From Candidatus Binatia bacterium (GTDB lineage: Bacteria > Desulfobacterota > Binatia > UBA9968 > JAJDTQ01): a stretch of DNA of 64,000 nt. The translations under genes and the position numbers were made by a program. Below the pieces are notes generated by a model. The model was not told where the DNA came from and ran no database searches. It saw only the letters and a program-made list of their open reading frames with translations. The DNA lies in assembly GCA_963666515.2 (NCBI GenBank), contig OY762897.2, positions 1,600,001 to 1,664,000 of the forward strand, in the 5' to 3' direction. This document shows, piece by piece, positions 28,792-39,549 of this stretch (position 1 is its first letter; every line of letters starts with the position of its first letter).

Positions 28792-29970
28792 ATGATAGAT
28801 AAGGCGCGTCTCCGAGAGTGCGTGGTGAAATTGGTGCAGATCGACAGCCTGTCCCGCAAGGAGCGGGCCATCGCTCTGCACCTCACCGAGGCACTCAAGG
28901 GGTTGGGCGGTGTCGTCTACATGGACAACGCGGGAACCGCAGTCGGCGGCGAGGTGGGGAATCTCGTCGCTCACTTCGACGGCAACGTGGACGGTGCCGA
29001 GCCCATACTGCTGTCGGCGCACATGGACACGGTGGCCCCGGGCGAGGGTGTCGTCCCCGTGGTGGACGGCGACGTGATACGGAGCGACGGCAGCACAGTG
29101 CTTGGAGGCGATGACAAGAGCGGTATCGCCATCATCCTGGAAGTGCTGCAAGCCCTGCACGAGGAGGAGTTGCCCCACGGGCACATCGACGTAGTCTTCA
29201 CCATTTGCGAGGAGGTCGGCCTCCTAGGCGCGAAACACCTAGACCTGGGACTTGTGCGGGCGAAGACCGGTCTCGTGCTCGATAGTGACTCCATCGGCTT
29301 CCTCATCACGAAGGCACCCGCAGTCAATCACCTTGAATTCGAAGTCTACGGTCTGGAGGCCCACGCCGGGATATGCCCGGAACGGGGCATCAACGCGATT
29401 CAGGTGGCCGCCAACGGCGTGGCCGCCATGTCGTTGGGGCGCATCGACGAGGACACCACTGCTAACCTAGGCTTGGTGAGCGGTGGCACAGCCGTAAACA
29501 TCGTGCCGAACCGGGTGGCGCTCACCGGGGAAGTACGTAGCCACGACGAGGACAAGCTCGAACGGCAGACGCAGGCGATGGTAGCGTGCATGGAGGAAGC
29601 CGCCGCCGGCGCCAACATGGAACTGGACGGTCACCGCCACGAAGCACGCGTGGAATGCCGGGTCCGGCGGGAATACGACCGCATGGACCTGTCCCACGAC
29701 ACCGCCATCGTCCGGCAGGTCCACGAAGCCGCGCACAACCTGGGTTTCACCGTCGACACCGTGGCCAAGGGCGGCGGCTGCGACGCCAACGTGTTCAACA
29801 GGCGAGGTCTCCAGGTCGCCAACCTGGCCAGCGGCATGCGGGACATCCACACGGTGCATGAATGGCTCGATGTCAACGACCTCGTGAGCGCGGCCCGCAT
29901 CATCCACGAGGTCCTCCGGCTGGAGGGTTGCGGTCAAACATGCTCGGACGTGAGCTTGAAACGCTCCTGA
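28792..29970 (+). CDS. M20B peptidase T-like metallohydrolase
   Basis: SAHMDTV, LGGDDKSG, CEEVGL, AHAG, GGGCDAN, IHT. Confidence 0.9.
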   Translation: MIDKARLRECVVKLVQIDSLSRKERAIALHLTEALKGLGGVVYMDNAGTAVGGEVGNLVAHFDGNVDGAEPILLSAHMDTVAPGEGVVPVVDGDVIRSDGSTVLGGDDKSGIAIILEVLQALHEEELPHGHIDVVFTICEEVGLLGAKHLDLGLVRAKTGLVLDSDSIGFLITKAPAVNHLEFEVYGLEAHAGICPERGINAIQVAANGVAAMSLGRIDEDTTANLGLVSGGTAVNIVPNRVALTGEVRSHDEDKLERQTQAMVACMEEAAAGANMELDGHRHEARVECRVRREYDRMDLSHDTAIVRQVHEAAHNLGFTVDTVAKGGGCDANVFNRRGLQVANLASGMRDIHTVHEWLDVNDLVSAARIIHEVLRLEGCGQTCSDVSLKRS

Positions 29971-31385
29971 AGGAAGAGCGGGGTCAGTTCTTCGAGTTCG
30001 TCAGCGCCTACGAGCAGAAGAAGCGCGGAACTCAGACCAAACGGCCCCAGGACCTCGCCCGCGAAATCGCGCGCATCCTCAACGGCATGGTCAACGCCGA
30101 CGGCGGCGTGCTCCTGGTGGGGGTCGAGCCCGACAAGAGCCTCACCGGCCTCCCCTATGCCGAACAGGAGATACGGGAGCTTTGCGAAGTGCCCCTGAAC
30201 CTCCTCAATCCCCCGCTCCCGTCCCTGCACGAACGCATCGACCTCGGCAACCTGCTGCTGCTCCGATTCGAGGTGAGCCCCGGCCTGGAGATCCGCCGCG
30301 TGGCCAGCGGCAGGACGTTCTACCGCATCGCCTCGGAAAACCCCGCGGTGGCACCCGAGCAGATCCGGCTCCTCAAGGACGCCAAGCTGTCGTATTCCTA
30401 CGAACGGCAGCACATCCACGACGCGAGCTGGGACGATCTGGACGCCGCCGCCATGGAGTCCTTCGCCGAACGCATGGATGCGCAGACGGACCCCCGGTCG
30501 CTGCTGTCGCGCACCTATCATCTCGTCCGCGGCTCCGCGGACCGGCCCGAGATCTCCATGGCCGCCCTGCTGCTCTTCGCCAGGGAGCCCACGAGATGGC
30601 ATCCGCGTTGCGGCATCGACTTCGTGAAGTACGAGGGCACCGAAAGACGCTATGGAGCGTCCCTGAACGTGGTCAAGCGGGTACGCATCGACCGTCCCCT
30701 GTGGATGCTGGTCGATGAGGCCGTGGGACGGATCAAGGAGCATATCCGCGAGCGCATGGTCAGGCACGACCTGTTCTTCCGGGAGCGGCTGGAATACCCC
30801 TCTTTTGCCTGGCAGGAGGCCCTGGTCAACGCCGTCGGGCACCGCGACTACGCCATCACCGGCGCGGAGATCGAGTTCTGGATGTTCGACGACCGCCTGG
30901 AAGTGAGAAGTCCGGGCGTGTTGCCGCCTCCTGTCGCGCTGGACCACCTCAACCGGCAACAGCGGGTGCACTTCTCGCGCAATCCGCTGCTGGTCCGGGT
31001 GTTGTCGGACCTGGGCTACATGCGCGAGATCGGCGAGGGCGTGCCGCGCATGTTCCAGGAGATGGAGCACAATGCGCTCCGGCCGCCCGAGTTCTCCACC
31101 GAGGGCTTCCTTTTCACCGTGACGCTGCGGAACACCCCCATCTACGACGACGAGACCCTGCGGTGGCTCAACCACTTCGACCGCTCCCGCCTGAGCCCGC
31201 GCCAGCAGCGTTTGCTGGTGTATGCGCTGTCGCACGACAAGCTGCTTTCCAGCGCCGACTACCAGCGCGTTGCCGCGGTCGACCGCGACACCGCCTACCG
31301 CGATATCCGCGGCCTAGTGAACATGGGCATCCTCGCCCCGGTCAAGCCCAAGAGCCGGACCTACAAGATCGTGGAGCCCATATGA
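29940..31385 (+). CDS. AlbA_2/Schlafen + HATPase_c_4 + wHTH protein
   Basis: GQFFEF, NADGGVLLVGV, EALVNAVGHRDY, SPG, SRNPLL, GEGV, C-terminal TAYRDI. Confidence 0.85.
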   Translation: MLGRELETLLKEERGQFFEFVSAYEQKKRGTQTKRPQDLAREIARILNGMVNADGGVLLVGVEPDKSLTGLPYAEQEIRELCEVPLNLLNPPLPSLHERIDLGNLLLLRFEVSPGLEIRRVASGRTFYRIASENPAVAPEQIRLLKDAKLSYSYERQHIHDASWDDLDAAAMESFAERMDAQTDPRSLLSRTYHLVRGSADRPEISMAALLLFAREPTRWHPRCGIDFVKYEGTERRYGASLNVVKRVRIDRPLWMLVDEAVGRIKEHIRERMVRHDLFFRERLEYPSFAWQEALVNAVGHRDYAITGAEIEFWMFDDRLEVRSPGVLPPPVALDHLNRQQRVHFSRNPLLVRVLSDLGYMREIGEGVPRMFQEMEHNALRPPEFSTEGFLFTVTLRNTPIYDDETLRWLNHFDRSRLSPRQQRLLVYALSHDKLLSSADYQRVAAVDRDTAYRDIRGLVNMGILAPVKPKSRTYKIVEPI

Positions 31386-32386
31386 GCGAAGGATTCACAC
31401 GACTCGCCGGGATCGCGGGCGGGTACGTGGAGGCCCGCATCCTGCAGGCGGCCGTGGGGCTCGGCGTGTTCGACGCCGTGGGCGAGGGAGACGCCGCGGA
31501 CGCCGCCGCGGTGGCGGCCCGCGTCGGTTCGGAGGCCCGCGCCACCGGGCAGCTTCTGGACGCCCTAGCGGTCATGGGACTGCTGGAGAAGGACGCTTCC
31601 CGCTATCGCCTCAACGATCTGTCCAGAGCTTACCTGACGAGCGGCTCGCCCAGGGATTTCAGCGGCATGATCCGGTTCGACGCCCTGTCGTGGGACGCCT
31701 GGGGCGGGCTGGAAGACGCGGTGCGCACCGGACGGCCCGCGCGGACCCCGGACATGTACCAGACCGACGAAGCCGAGACCGGGGTCTTCATCAACGCCAT
31801 GGATTCTCTGGTCAGGGCCCGGGGCGACGGGGAGATCACCGCCGACGCTTTGGACCTGAGCGGGGCGCAACGGCTGCTGGACATCGGCCCCGGGCCTGCC
31901 ACCTATCCCATCGCCCTGTGCCGGCGCTATCCGGCCCTGCGGGCAACCCTCTACGACCTGCCGGGAACCTTGCGCATCACCGAGCGCTACGTCCAGGCAT
32001 CGGGTGTGGCCGACCGCGTCGAATGCGTTGCCGGCGACTACCGGACGGACGCCGTGCCGGGCGGCCAGGACGTGATCTTCCTGTCCAACATCATCCACGG
32101 GGAAGATGAAGCCGGCAATGAAGCTTTGATGGGTAAAGTGGCGAAATCGTTGTCCCCCGGCGGACAGCTCATCATCAAGGACCACATCCTGGGGGGAAGC
32201 CGCGCGGAGACCAACGCCGGCGCTGTCTTCAGTCTGCTGATGCTCCTGACGACGGCCCGCGGGCGCTGCTATTCCCTCGACGAAGTCCGGGGCTGGCTCG
32301 AACGCGGGGGGCTGGTGGATGTGGAGCGGGTGGAGTTGCCTCCGCCCCTGACGTCGTCCCTGGTCATCGGACGCAAGCCCTTGTAA
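31382..32386 (+). CDS. SAM-dependent O-methyltransferase with dimerisation domain
   Basis: LQAAVGLGVFD, LLDIGPGPA, YDLP, GDY, SNIIH; ATGA overlap with the upstream gene. Confidence 0.88.
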   Translation: MSEGFTRLAGIAGGYVEARILQAAVGLGVFDAVGEGDAADAAAVAARVGSEARATGQLLDALAVMGLLEKDASRYRLNDLSRAYLTSGSPRDFSGMIRFDALSWDAWGGLEDAVRTGRPARTPDMYQTDEAETGVFINAMDSLVRARGDGEITADALDLSGAQRLLDIGPGPATYPIALCRRYPALRATLYDLPGTLRITERYVQASGVADRVECVAGDYRTDAVPGGQDVIFLSNIIHGEDEAGNEALMGKVAKSLSPGGQLIIKDHILGGSRAETNAGAVFSLLMLLTTARGRCYSLDEVRGWLERGGLVDVERVELPPPLTSSLVIGRKPL

Positions 32387-32441
32387 TGGGGGCCTCGAAG
32401 CGGCCCCCGACCTCGATCAGGGAGACTGACTTGGCGGGGGG

Positions 32442-32600
32442 CTATTCCAGAACGGCGCCGGGAGAGATCTTGAAGGCCTTGTCCAGCACCTTGGCGCGCG
32501 CCTGCTCGTTCCTGGCTCCCCCAAGCTTCACACGCAGCTTTGCCAGACTCTTTCTCCGCCGCCGCCGCCGCTTTATTTCCATCGTTCTCTGAAGAGGCAT
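32442..32600 (-). CDS. Small basic protein (52 aa, DUF6800-like), below the ORF-track cutoff
   Basis: MPLQRTMEIKRRRRRRKSLAKLRVKLGGARNEQARAKVLDKAFKISPGAVLE; co-oriented downstream of fbaB. Confidence 0.65.
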   Translation of the reverse strand: MPLQRTMEIKRRRRRRKSLAKLRVKLGGARNEQARAKVLDKAFKISPGAVLE

Positions 32601-32654
32601 GGCGGTAACGGTTAGCACACGTACCAGAGGGTCGCAACCCTGCGCCGGCCGCCT

Positions 32655-33581
32655 TCACACGGTCTCGCCGGCGTAGATCCGCATCACCTTGTCAAGCAGC
32701 GCGAGGGCATCGGGCTTGCTCCGCTGGAACGAGTTCCGCCCGATGATAGAGCCGAAACCGCCACCGGCATGGATGGCGCGGATTTCCGCCAGCAACGCTT
32801 CGTCGGTGGTGGCGGGGCCGCCCGAGAAGATGACGATGCGCCGCCCGTCGAAGGCCGACTGCACCACGTGGCGGATCCGGTCCGCGGGATCCGCGATGGG
32901 GACGCCTTCCTTCTCGTAGACCTTGCGCGCGGCGTCCTGCTCGATGTTCTCTCCGGGGAACTTGATCTTGATAATGTGGGCGCCGAGTTGGGCGGCGATC
33001 TGCGCGGCGTAGGCGCACACGTCGACGGCGGTCTCGCCAGCCTTACTGAGCTCCGATGTCCTGGGGTACGACCAAATCACTACAGCCAACCCGTTTTGTT
33101 TGGCCTTATGGGCGATGGCGCGGAATTGCTGGTACATCTCAAAGCGGTGCTCCGACCCGGGATAGACTGTGAAGCCCACGGCCGCGCACCCCAGCCGTAG
33201 CGCGTCCTCCACGCTGGAGGTGACGGCCTGGGTCGGATCCCTCTCGTCGTTCAGGAGATCGTGGTTGTTGACCTTCAGGATGAGCGGGATCTCCCCGGCA
33301 AACTCCCGCGCCCCGGCCTCCAGGAAGCCCAGCGGCGCCGCGTACGCGTTGCAGCCCGCATCTAGGGCCAGCTCGAAGTGATAGCGCGGATCATAGCCCG
33401 CGGGATTGGGAGCGAAACTCCGCGCCGGGCCGTGCTCGAACCCCTGGTCCACCGGCAGGATCACGAACTTGCCGGTGCCGCCGAGCCGGCCGTGGTTGAG
33501 AATCCGCGCCAGATTCGTCAGGGTGCCGGGGTTGTCGCTGCCGTACCAGCTCAGAACTTCCCGTACTGTCTCGGTCATCAC
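32655..33581 (-). CDS. fbaB: Class I fructose-bisphosphate aldolase
   Basis: LPVDQGFEHGP, WSYPR, GAHIIKIK, FSGG, GSIIGRNSFQR. Confidence 0.93.
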   Translation of the reverse strand: MMTETVREVLSWYGSDNPGTLTNLARILNHGRLGGTGKFVILPVDQGFEHGPARSFAPNPAGYDPRYHFELALDAGCNAYAAPLGFLEAGAREFAGEIPLILKVNNHDLLNDERDPTQAVTSSVEDALRLGCAAVGFTVYPGSEHRFEMYQQFRAIAHKAKQNGLAVVIWSYPRTSELSKAGETAVDVCAYAAQIAAQLGAHIIKIKFPGENIEQDAARKVYEKEGVPIADPADRIRHVVQSAFDGRRIVIFSGGPATTDEALLAEIRAIHAGGGFGSIIGRNSFQRSKPDALALLDKVMRIYAGETV

Positions 33582-33600
33582 TCATCCTCCTCCGGCGGGA

Positions 33601-34599
33601 TCATCCTTCCGCCATGAACTTTTCATAAAGCGCGACGTTCTCGGCACTGCCGACGGCGATGGGCGTGCGCTGATGGATGGCCTCCGGTGTTACGTCCAGC
33701 AGCCGCTCCCGGCCGGTGCTGGCGGCCCCGCCCGCCTGCTCCGCCACGCACGCCAGCGGCGCGCACTCGTAGAGCAGCCGCAGCTTGCCGTTGGGGCTGC
33801 CGGGGTCTCCGGGATAGAAGTACATGCCCCCGTCCAGCAGACAGCGGTGCAGATCGGCCACCAACGCGCCCGTGTATCTCAGCGAATGGGGCCTGCCGCT
33901 GGGCTTGTCGTTGTCCGTCACGTAGTCCAGGTACTTCCGCACGCCGGCGTCCCATGCCTTGTGGCGCCCGACGTTGGCGCTGTAGACCGCGCCCTTCTCC
34001 GGACAGCGAATGTCGTGATGGGACAGGATGAACTCTCCCACCCCCCGGTCCAACGTGAATCCGTGAACGCCCGCGCCCACCGTGTACACCAGCACCGTGC
34101 TGGTGCCGTAGAGCACGTAACCGGCGCATACCAGCTCCGAGCCCTTCTGAAGGAACTCCTCGCCGGAGAGTTCGCCGACCCGGCTGCGCCTGAGCACGCC
34201 GAAAATCGTCCCCAGCGGGGCGTTGACGTCGGTGTTGGACGAGCCGTCCAGGGGATCCGTGCACAGAAGATACCGGGCGTCCTCCGACGTGCTCATCACA
34301 ACCGCTTCGTCCAGCTCCTCCGACGCGATCCCGGCCACCAACTCGCAGCCGGCGAAGGCATCCATGACGATCTCGTTGCCGATGACGTCGAGCTTCTTCT
34401 GCATGTCTCCGGTGGCGTTCTGGTCACCCGCCAGACCCAGCTTGCCGGCGAGAGCGGCCTGATCGACCTCGCGGGCCAGAATCTTTCCCGCCAAGGCGAT
34501 GGGCTCCAGCAGCGCAAGAAGGTCGCTGCTCCCGTCCTTGCGCCAACTTCCCTCCTCACCGAGATGTCGGTTCAGCGTCGTGCCTGCGGCCATCTTCAC
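33601..34599 (-). CDS. fbp: Class 1 fructose-1,6-bisphosphatase
   Basis: QKKLDV, ASEE, DPLDGSSN, GTIF, RYTGALVAD, GKLRLLYE. Confidence 0.94.
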   Translation of the reverse strand: MKMAAGTTLNRHLGEEGSWRKDGSSDLLALLEPIALAGKILAREVDQAALAGKLGLAGDQNATGDMQKKLDVIGNEIVMDAFAGCELVAGIASEELDEAVVMSTSEDARYLLCTDPLDGSSNTDVNAPLGTIFGVLRRSRVGELSGEEFLQKGSELVCAGYVLYGTSTVLVYTVGAGVHGFTLDRGVGEFILSHHDIRCPEKGAVYSANVGRHKAWDAGVRKYLDYVTDNDKPSGRPHSLRYTGALVADLHRCLLDGGMYFYPGDPGSPNGKLRLLYECAPLACVAEQAGGAASTGRERLLDVTPEAIHQRTPIAVGSAENVALYEKFMAEG

Positions 34600-34648
34600 T
34601 ACCCCTGATTCCCCTTGTTTGTAAACTTTTTCGGAAGTGGACTGTAAA

Positions 34649-35560
34649 TTACGCCTTGGCGGCTCTGACGCCGCTGGGCAGCACCCCGAAGTCCCTGAGG
34701 ATCCTCGCCAAGTGTTCCCTGTAGGCTTCGGTCATAACCGGCAGCGGAGGCCGCACCGGACCGCCAGCGAGGCCCACCATGTCCATGCCGGCCTTGACCA
34801 CCGCCGCGTGGCCGGCCGCTTTGCACAGCATCCGGTACTCGGCCAGCCGCAGGTACAGCGCCTGCGCCTCGTGGGCGTCGCCGCGGACCGCGGCATCGTA
34901 GATCTCCACCACAGATTCCGGCCAGAACGAAGCGGTGGTGGCGGTGTTGCCGATCATGCCCAGGGCCAGACATGTCCAGATCATGGACTCCGCACCGCCG
35001 ATGAGCGCCATCTTGTCGGCCGCCAGGGCCACCGTCTCGTCCAGCTCCACGGCATTCTGGCTAGCCTGCTTGATGCCGGCGATTCCGGCCACGTCCGCCA
35101 GCTCGGCGATCATCGCGGGCCGCATGCTGTAGCCCACCCGCGGCGGCGCGTTGTAGAGAAACACCGGCACGCCCACCTCGGCGATTCTCTCGAAATGGTC
35201 GCGGATGCTGGCGTCGTTGACGTTGTTGAAGTACGGCGGCGTCGCCATCACCGCGTCGGCTCCCAACTCCTTGGCGTAGCGGGTCAACTCCACCGCGGCC
35301 ACCGTGCCGGAGTGGGACACGCCCAGCATGATGGGCTTGCGCCCCTGGTTGGTCTCCACGGCGATGCGCATGATCTCCAGGCGCTCCTCGTCAGTCACCG
35401 CGGCGAACTCGCCCTGGGTGCCGAGGACCACCAGCACGTGCGCCGAACTGTCGGCAGCGAAAGAGACGTTGCGCGCCATCCCTTCCGTGTCCAGGGACAG
35501 GTCGTCCTTGAACGGCGTCGTCAGAATCGTGTGTATGCCTCGCCACCTGTCGTGATCCAT
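34649..35560 (-). CDS. DHDPS/NAL-family aldolase (probably not DapA itself)
   Basis: TPF, GTQGE, PPYF, LYNAP, GIKQ Schiff-base Lys, GPVRPPL. Confidence 0.88.
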   Translation of the reverse strand: MDHDRWRGIHTILTTPFKDDLSLDTEGMARNVSFAADSSAHVLVVLGTQGEFAAVTDEERLEIMRIAVETNQGRKPIMLGVSHSGTVAAVELTRYAKELGADAVMATPPYFNNVNDASIRDHFERIAEVGVPVFLYNAPPRVGYSMRPAMIAELADVAGIAGIKQASQNAVELDETVALAADKMALIGGAESMIWTCLALGMIGNTATTASFWPESVVEIYDAAVRGDAHEAQALYLRLAEYRMLCKAAGHAAVVKAGMDMVGLAGGPVRPPLPVMTEAYREHLARILRDFGVLPSGVRAAKA

Positions 35561-35767
35561 GTCCCCTCCCGACTCGTTTCCAGGATGTCCCGCGAACGGA
35601 ATGGCTTCAACGCTATATGGATCGCGGCGGGTCTGTCAACACGCATCCCGGACGCTGTCGCGCGTGGCGATCCTTGACAATACGGGCTCCCTTGGATAAC
35701 GGGAACGGACACGCCGGGGCCGGACGCGAAGAGACGACTCGGCGATTCGCCACTAGCAGGCGGCCAC

Positions 35768-36565
35768 GTGTCCAGCGACAAGTACACCGTAAAGCAGGTC
35801 AGCTACCCCAGCGGCGGCATCGACATCAACGCGCTCCTGTTCGAGCCCGCGGGCGGAACGGAGGGCGCGCCCGCCATCGTGCACCACCCGTCCCACAAGA
35901 GCCCGGCAAAGCACTACGAATGGTATCTCGGGAAGTTCGCAGAGGCGGGGTATGTGGGGCTGGGCATCGAGCAGCGCGGCTACGGCTCGGGGCCCGCTGG
36001 GCAGAGCGACCGCGGCGGACCCTTGCAACAGGGCGACATCGCCAACGGCATCACGTTCCTGAGCGGGTTGCCGTCGGTGGACGCCGGCCGCGTCGCGGTG
36101 AGCGGGCATTCCAACGGCGCGGCCTTGGCCCTGATCGTCAGCTCCAGAGACGAGCGCGTGAAAGCCTGTCTGAGCCTCGCCCCCAAGACCGACTGGGTCA
36201 AGGCGTTACGGGGGGCCAGGGAGTGGAAACCGGACTTCTACGAGCTGACGGTCAAGGAGATGACCGGCGGAGTCCCGCCGGAGGTGGACCCCAATCCCTT
36301 CCTGGAGCGGTCCCCCATCCACTACGCCGGGGACATCAAGGTGCCGGTGCTGTTCATCGTCGGGGCGCAGGACTGGGTCAACCCCTCCTACCACTGCACG
36401 GACATGGCCGACGCTCTCAGGCAGGCTGGGAACGAGCACGTGGCCGTGGAGATCATCGACGAGGTGGAGCACTTCTTCTGCCAACGGCACTTCCTCGGAT
36501 ACCGCTTCGACGCGGTGACCGGGCCGGCCCTGCACTGGCTTGACCGCTACGTCAAGGGAACATGA
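35768..36565 (+). CDS. Alpha/beta hydrolase (S9-like)
   Basis: RGYGS, GHSNG nucleophile elbow, ERSPI, GAQD, EH. Confidence 0.85.
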   Translation: MSSDKYTVKQVSYPSGGIDINALLFEPAGGTEGAPAIVHHPSHKSPAKHYEWYLGKFAEAGYVGLGIEQRGYGSGPAGQSDRGGPLQQGDIANGITFLSGLPSVDAGRVAVSGHSNGAALALIVSSRDERVKACLSLAPKTDWVKALRGAREWKPDFYELTVKEMTGGVPPEVDPNPFLERSPIHYAGDIKVPVLFIVGAQDWVNPSYHCTDMADALRQAGNEHVAVEIIDEVEHFFCQRHFLGYRFDAVTGPALHWLDRYVKGT

Positions 36566-36617
36566 CCGTCCCCCACTCCCGACCATCAGCACATCGAAGC
36601 CAGGAAGGATTGACTCC

Positions 36618-39530
36618 ATGAACGGCTCGCGCAGCGAACCGATGGCCCACATCTCCCTGACTATCAACGGCAAGCCGGCGGAGGCCGACGTCCCGGCGCG
36701 CAAGACGCTGCTGGACGCGGTCCGCGAGGAGTTGGGCCAGACCGGCACGCACGCAGGGTGCGAGCATGGCGTGTGCGGCTGCTGCAACGTGCTGCTGGAC
36801 GGCAAGGTGGTGCGTTCGTGCCTGCTGCTGGCGGTCCAGGCCGACGGGCGCGACGTCCGGACGGTGGAAAGCCTGGGTTCTCCCGAGCGGCTGGGACCGC
36901 TTCAGCGCGCCTTTGCAGAGAAGCACGCCATGCAGTGCGGCTACTGCACGCCGGGCATGATCATGGCCGCGGCGGACCTGCTGGCGGCCAACCCGGACCC
37001 GGACGAATCGGAGATCCGCACCGCCCTTTCCGGCAACCTGTGCCGCTGCACCGGCTACATGGAGATCGTCGACGCGGTGAAGGACGCCGCTGGGAGGATC
37101 GCTCGCGGCCAGGCCGCGGTGGAAGAGCCCCCTGCCCTTCCCGCGGACGCCGGCGGCGGCCCTTACATCGGACGCCGCATTCCGCCGGTGGAGGATCGCC
37201 GCTTCGTCGCCGGCAAGGGCGCCTACGTCAACGACTTCACGTTGCCGGATCTGCTGCACATGGCCATGGTACGCTCCCCCCACGCCCACGCGCGCATTCT
37301 GAGCATCGACACGAGCCGGGCCGAAGCCCTTCCCGGTGTGGCGGCGGTCATTCTGGGAGCGATGCTGCCGGACGTCATCGACCCGGTGCCACAGAACCTC
37401 GATATCCCTGACGTGGTCTGGTACCCGCTGGCGGTGGACAAGGTGCGCTACGCGGGCGAGTGGGTGGCCGCGGTGGTGGCGGAGAACCGCTACGTCGCCG
37501 AAGATGCGGCCGAACTGGTGGAGGTGGAGTACGAGATGCTGGCGCCGGTGGTGGACCCCGAGGAGGCCATCCGGCCGGGCACCCCGGTGCTGCACGAGAA
37601 GCACGGCAGCAACATCGCCTACGAGCGGGTGCTCACCTACGGTCCGGTGGAGGAGGCCATCGGCAAGGCGGAGCACGTGTTCGAGGAACGCTACCGCTGG
37701 AACCGCCACTCCGGCGTGCCGCTGGAGACTTTCGGAGCGGTGGCGAAGTGGGACGCCGCACGGCAGGAGATGGGTCTCTGGGCTTCCCACCAGACCCCCA
37801 ACATCGAGGAGCAGCTCGCCAGGGTGCTGCGCCTGCCGTTGAACCAGCTCCGCGTCCACCAGCACCTGGACGTGGGCGGCAGCCACGGGGTCAAGCGCGG
37901 CCGCAAGCACATGTTCCTCACCGCGGCCGTGAGCCGGATGCTGGACCGCCCGGTGAAGTTCATCGAGGACCGGTTGGAGAACATGAGCTCGGGGGACGGC
38001 CACGGACCCGACCGAGTCTACTACCTGCGCGCCGCCTGCGACGGCGACGGCGTCATCCAGGCCCTTGACATCCGCTGCATCGACGACGCCGGCGCCTACG
38101 CGGGCCGCGGCGCCATGCAGCTCATCAAGCCCATCACCGCCATCGTGGGCCCGTACCGCATCCCCGCGGTGCGCTACCACGCCATCTCCGCGCTGACCTC
38201 CAAGACCAACCAGTCGCCCTACCGGGGCTTCGGCCAGGCGCCCGCGGGATACGTGCTGGAGCGCATGGTGGACCTGATCGCCAGGGAGCTGGGGATCGAC
38301 CGGGCGGAGATCCGCTCGCGGAACTTCATCCAGCCCGACGAGTTTCCGTACACGATTCCCACCGGAGCGGAGTACGACAGCGGCGACTATCCCGCGTGCC
38401 TGGAGAAGGCGCTGGCGGTGTCCGGCGCCGACACCTGGGAACAGCGGCGGCAGGAGGCCCGGGGGCGCGGCAAGTGGCTCGGCTTCGGCCTCTCCACGGT
38501 CATCGAGCCGGGCGGCGGCACCGGCATGGTGTTCGCGGTCATGGGGCCGCAGATGGTGAACATGGACACCAACATGGAGGGCATCCGGGTGCACGTGGAC
38601 GTCACCGGGATGATCACCGTCACCATCGGCTTCCAGTCCTGCGGCCAAGGCCACGAGACCACCACCACCCAGTTAGCGTGCGATTTCTTCGGCGTCTCGC
38701 CGGACCGCGTCCGCATCGCCCGCGCCGACTCCATGGAGGGCATCGTCACCCGCGCCACGTCCGGCAACCGCCTGCACCTGATGCTGCCGCTGGCGCTGTT
38801 CAGCGCGGGCCGGAGGATCAAGGAGAAGATGCAGGCCATCGCGGCCAACGCCCTGGAGGTCCCGGCGGAGCGTATCGAGCTGGCCGGCGGCATGTTCAGC
38901 GACCGGGAGGACCCGGAGAAGACCGTGAGCTGGGACCAAGTGTGCTTCTACGCCTACCGCCGCGACACGCTGCTGTCGCCGGGCATGGAGCCCGGACTCA
39001 TGGCCAGCGCCATCGCCAAGCACCCGCGGGGGTTCGTCCCGCCCACTCCCGACGGGCGGGTCGCGGGCGGGTTCGCCACCTACACGTTCTCGGTGCACGT
39101 GCCGGTGGTGGAGGTGGATCCGGAGACCCTGGAGATCAAGCTGGTGGACTACTACGTGGTCCACGACTGCGGCAAGGTCATCAATCCGCTGATTGTGGAG
39201 AGCTTCTGCTACGGCGGCGTGAACCTGGGCATCGGCGGCGCTCTCTACGAGCAGTTCAAGTACGACGAGGACGGCCAGCTCCTGAGCCAGACCTTCATGG
39301 ACTATCTCCTGCCCTCCACCATGGAGGTGCCGGAGATCGTGCTGGAGGAGCACGAGACCCCGGCGCCGGGGAACCCGGTGGGCGCCAAGGCGGCCGGCGA
39401 GAGCGGCTACATGCCCGCGCCCCCCGCCATCGTGAGCGCGGTGGAAGACGCCCTGCGACACACCAACGTGCGCATCACCGACACGCCGGTCACACCCGAC
39501 ATCCTGTTCGGGCTCATCAACGGGCGTTGA
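36618..39530 (+). CDS. Xanthine dehydrogenase-family enzyme: 2x[2Fe-2S] subunit fused to the molybdopterin subunit
   Basis: [27 protein letters not shown], then [34 protein letters not shown]. Confidence 0.92.
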   Translation: MNGSRSEPMAHISLTINGKPAEADVPARKTLLDAVREELGQTGTHAGCEHGVCGCCNVLLDGKVVRSCLLLAVQADGRDVRTVESLGSPERLGPLQRAFAEKHAMQCGYCTPGMIMAAADLLAANPDPDESEIRTALSGNLCRCTGYMEIVDAVKDAAGRIARGQAAVEEPPALPADAGGGPYIGRRIPPVEDRRFVAGKGAYVNDFTLPDLLHMAMVRSPHAHARILSIDTSRAEALPGVAAVILGAMLPDVIDPVPQNLDIPDVVWYPLAVDKVRYAGEWVAAVVAENRYVAEDAAELVEVEYEMLAPVVDPEEAIRPGTPVLHEKHGSNIAYERVLTYGPVEEAIGKAEHVFEERYRWNRHSGVPLETFGAVAKWDAARQEMGLWASHQTPNIEEQLARVLRLPLNQLRVHQHLDVGGSHGVKRGRKHMFLTAAVSRMLDRPVKFIEDRLENMSSGDGHGPDRVYYLRAACDGDGVIQALDIRCIDDAGAYAGRGAMQLIKPITAIVGPYRIPAVRYHAISALTSKTNQSPYRGFGQAPAGYVLERMVDLIARELGIDRAEIRSRNFIQPDEFPYTIPTGAEYDSGDYPACLEKALAVSGADTWEQRRQEARGRGKWLGFGLSTVIEPGGGTGMVFAVMGPQMVNMDTNMEGIRVHVDVTGMITVTIGFQSCGQGHETTTTQLACDFFGVSPDRVRIARADSMEGIVTRATSGNRLHLMLPLALFSAGRRIKEKMQAIAANALEVPAERIELAGGMFSDREDPEKTVSWDQVCFYAYRRDTLLSPGMEPGLMASAIAKHPRGFVPPTPDGRVAGGFATYTFSVHVPVVEVDPETLEIKLVDYYVVHDCGKVINPLIVESFCYGGVNLGIGGALYEQFKYDEDGQLLSQTFMDYLLPSTMEVPEIVLEEHETPAPGNPVGAKAAGESGYMPAPPAIVSAVEDALRHTNVRITDTPVTPDILFGLINGR

Positions 39531-39549
39531 GGCTGGTGGGAGGCGCCGG

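Noticed and set aside
34649-35560. dapA gene symbol
   Set aside because: GTQGE instead of GTTGE and a catabolic context; only a family-level call is supported.
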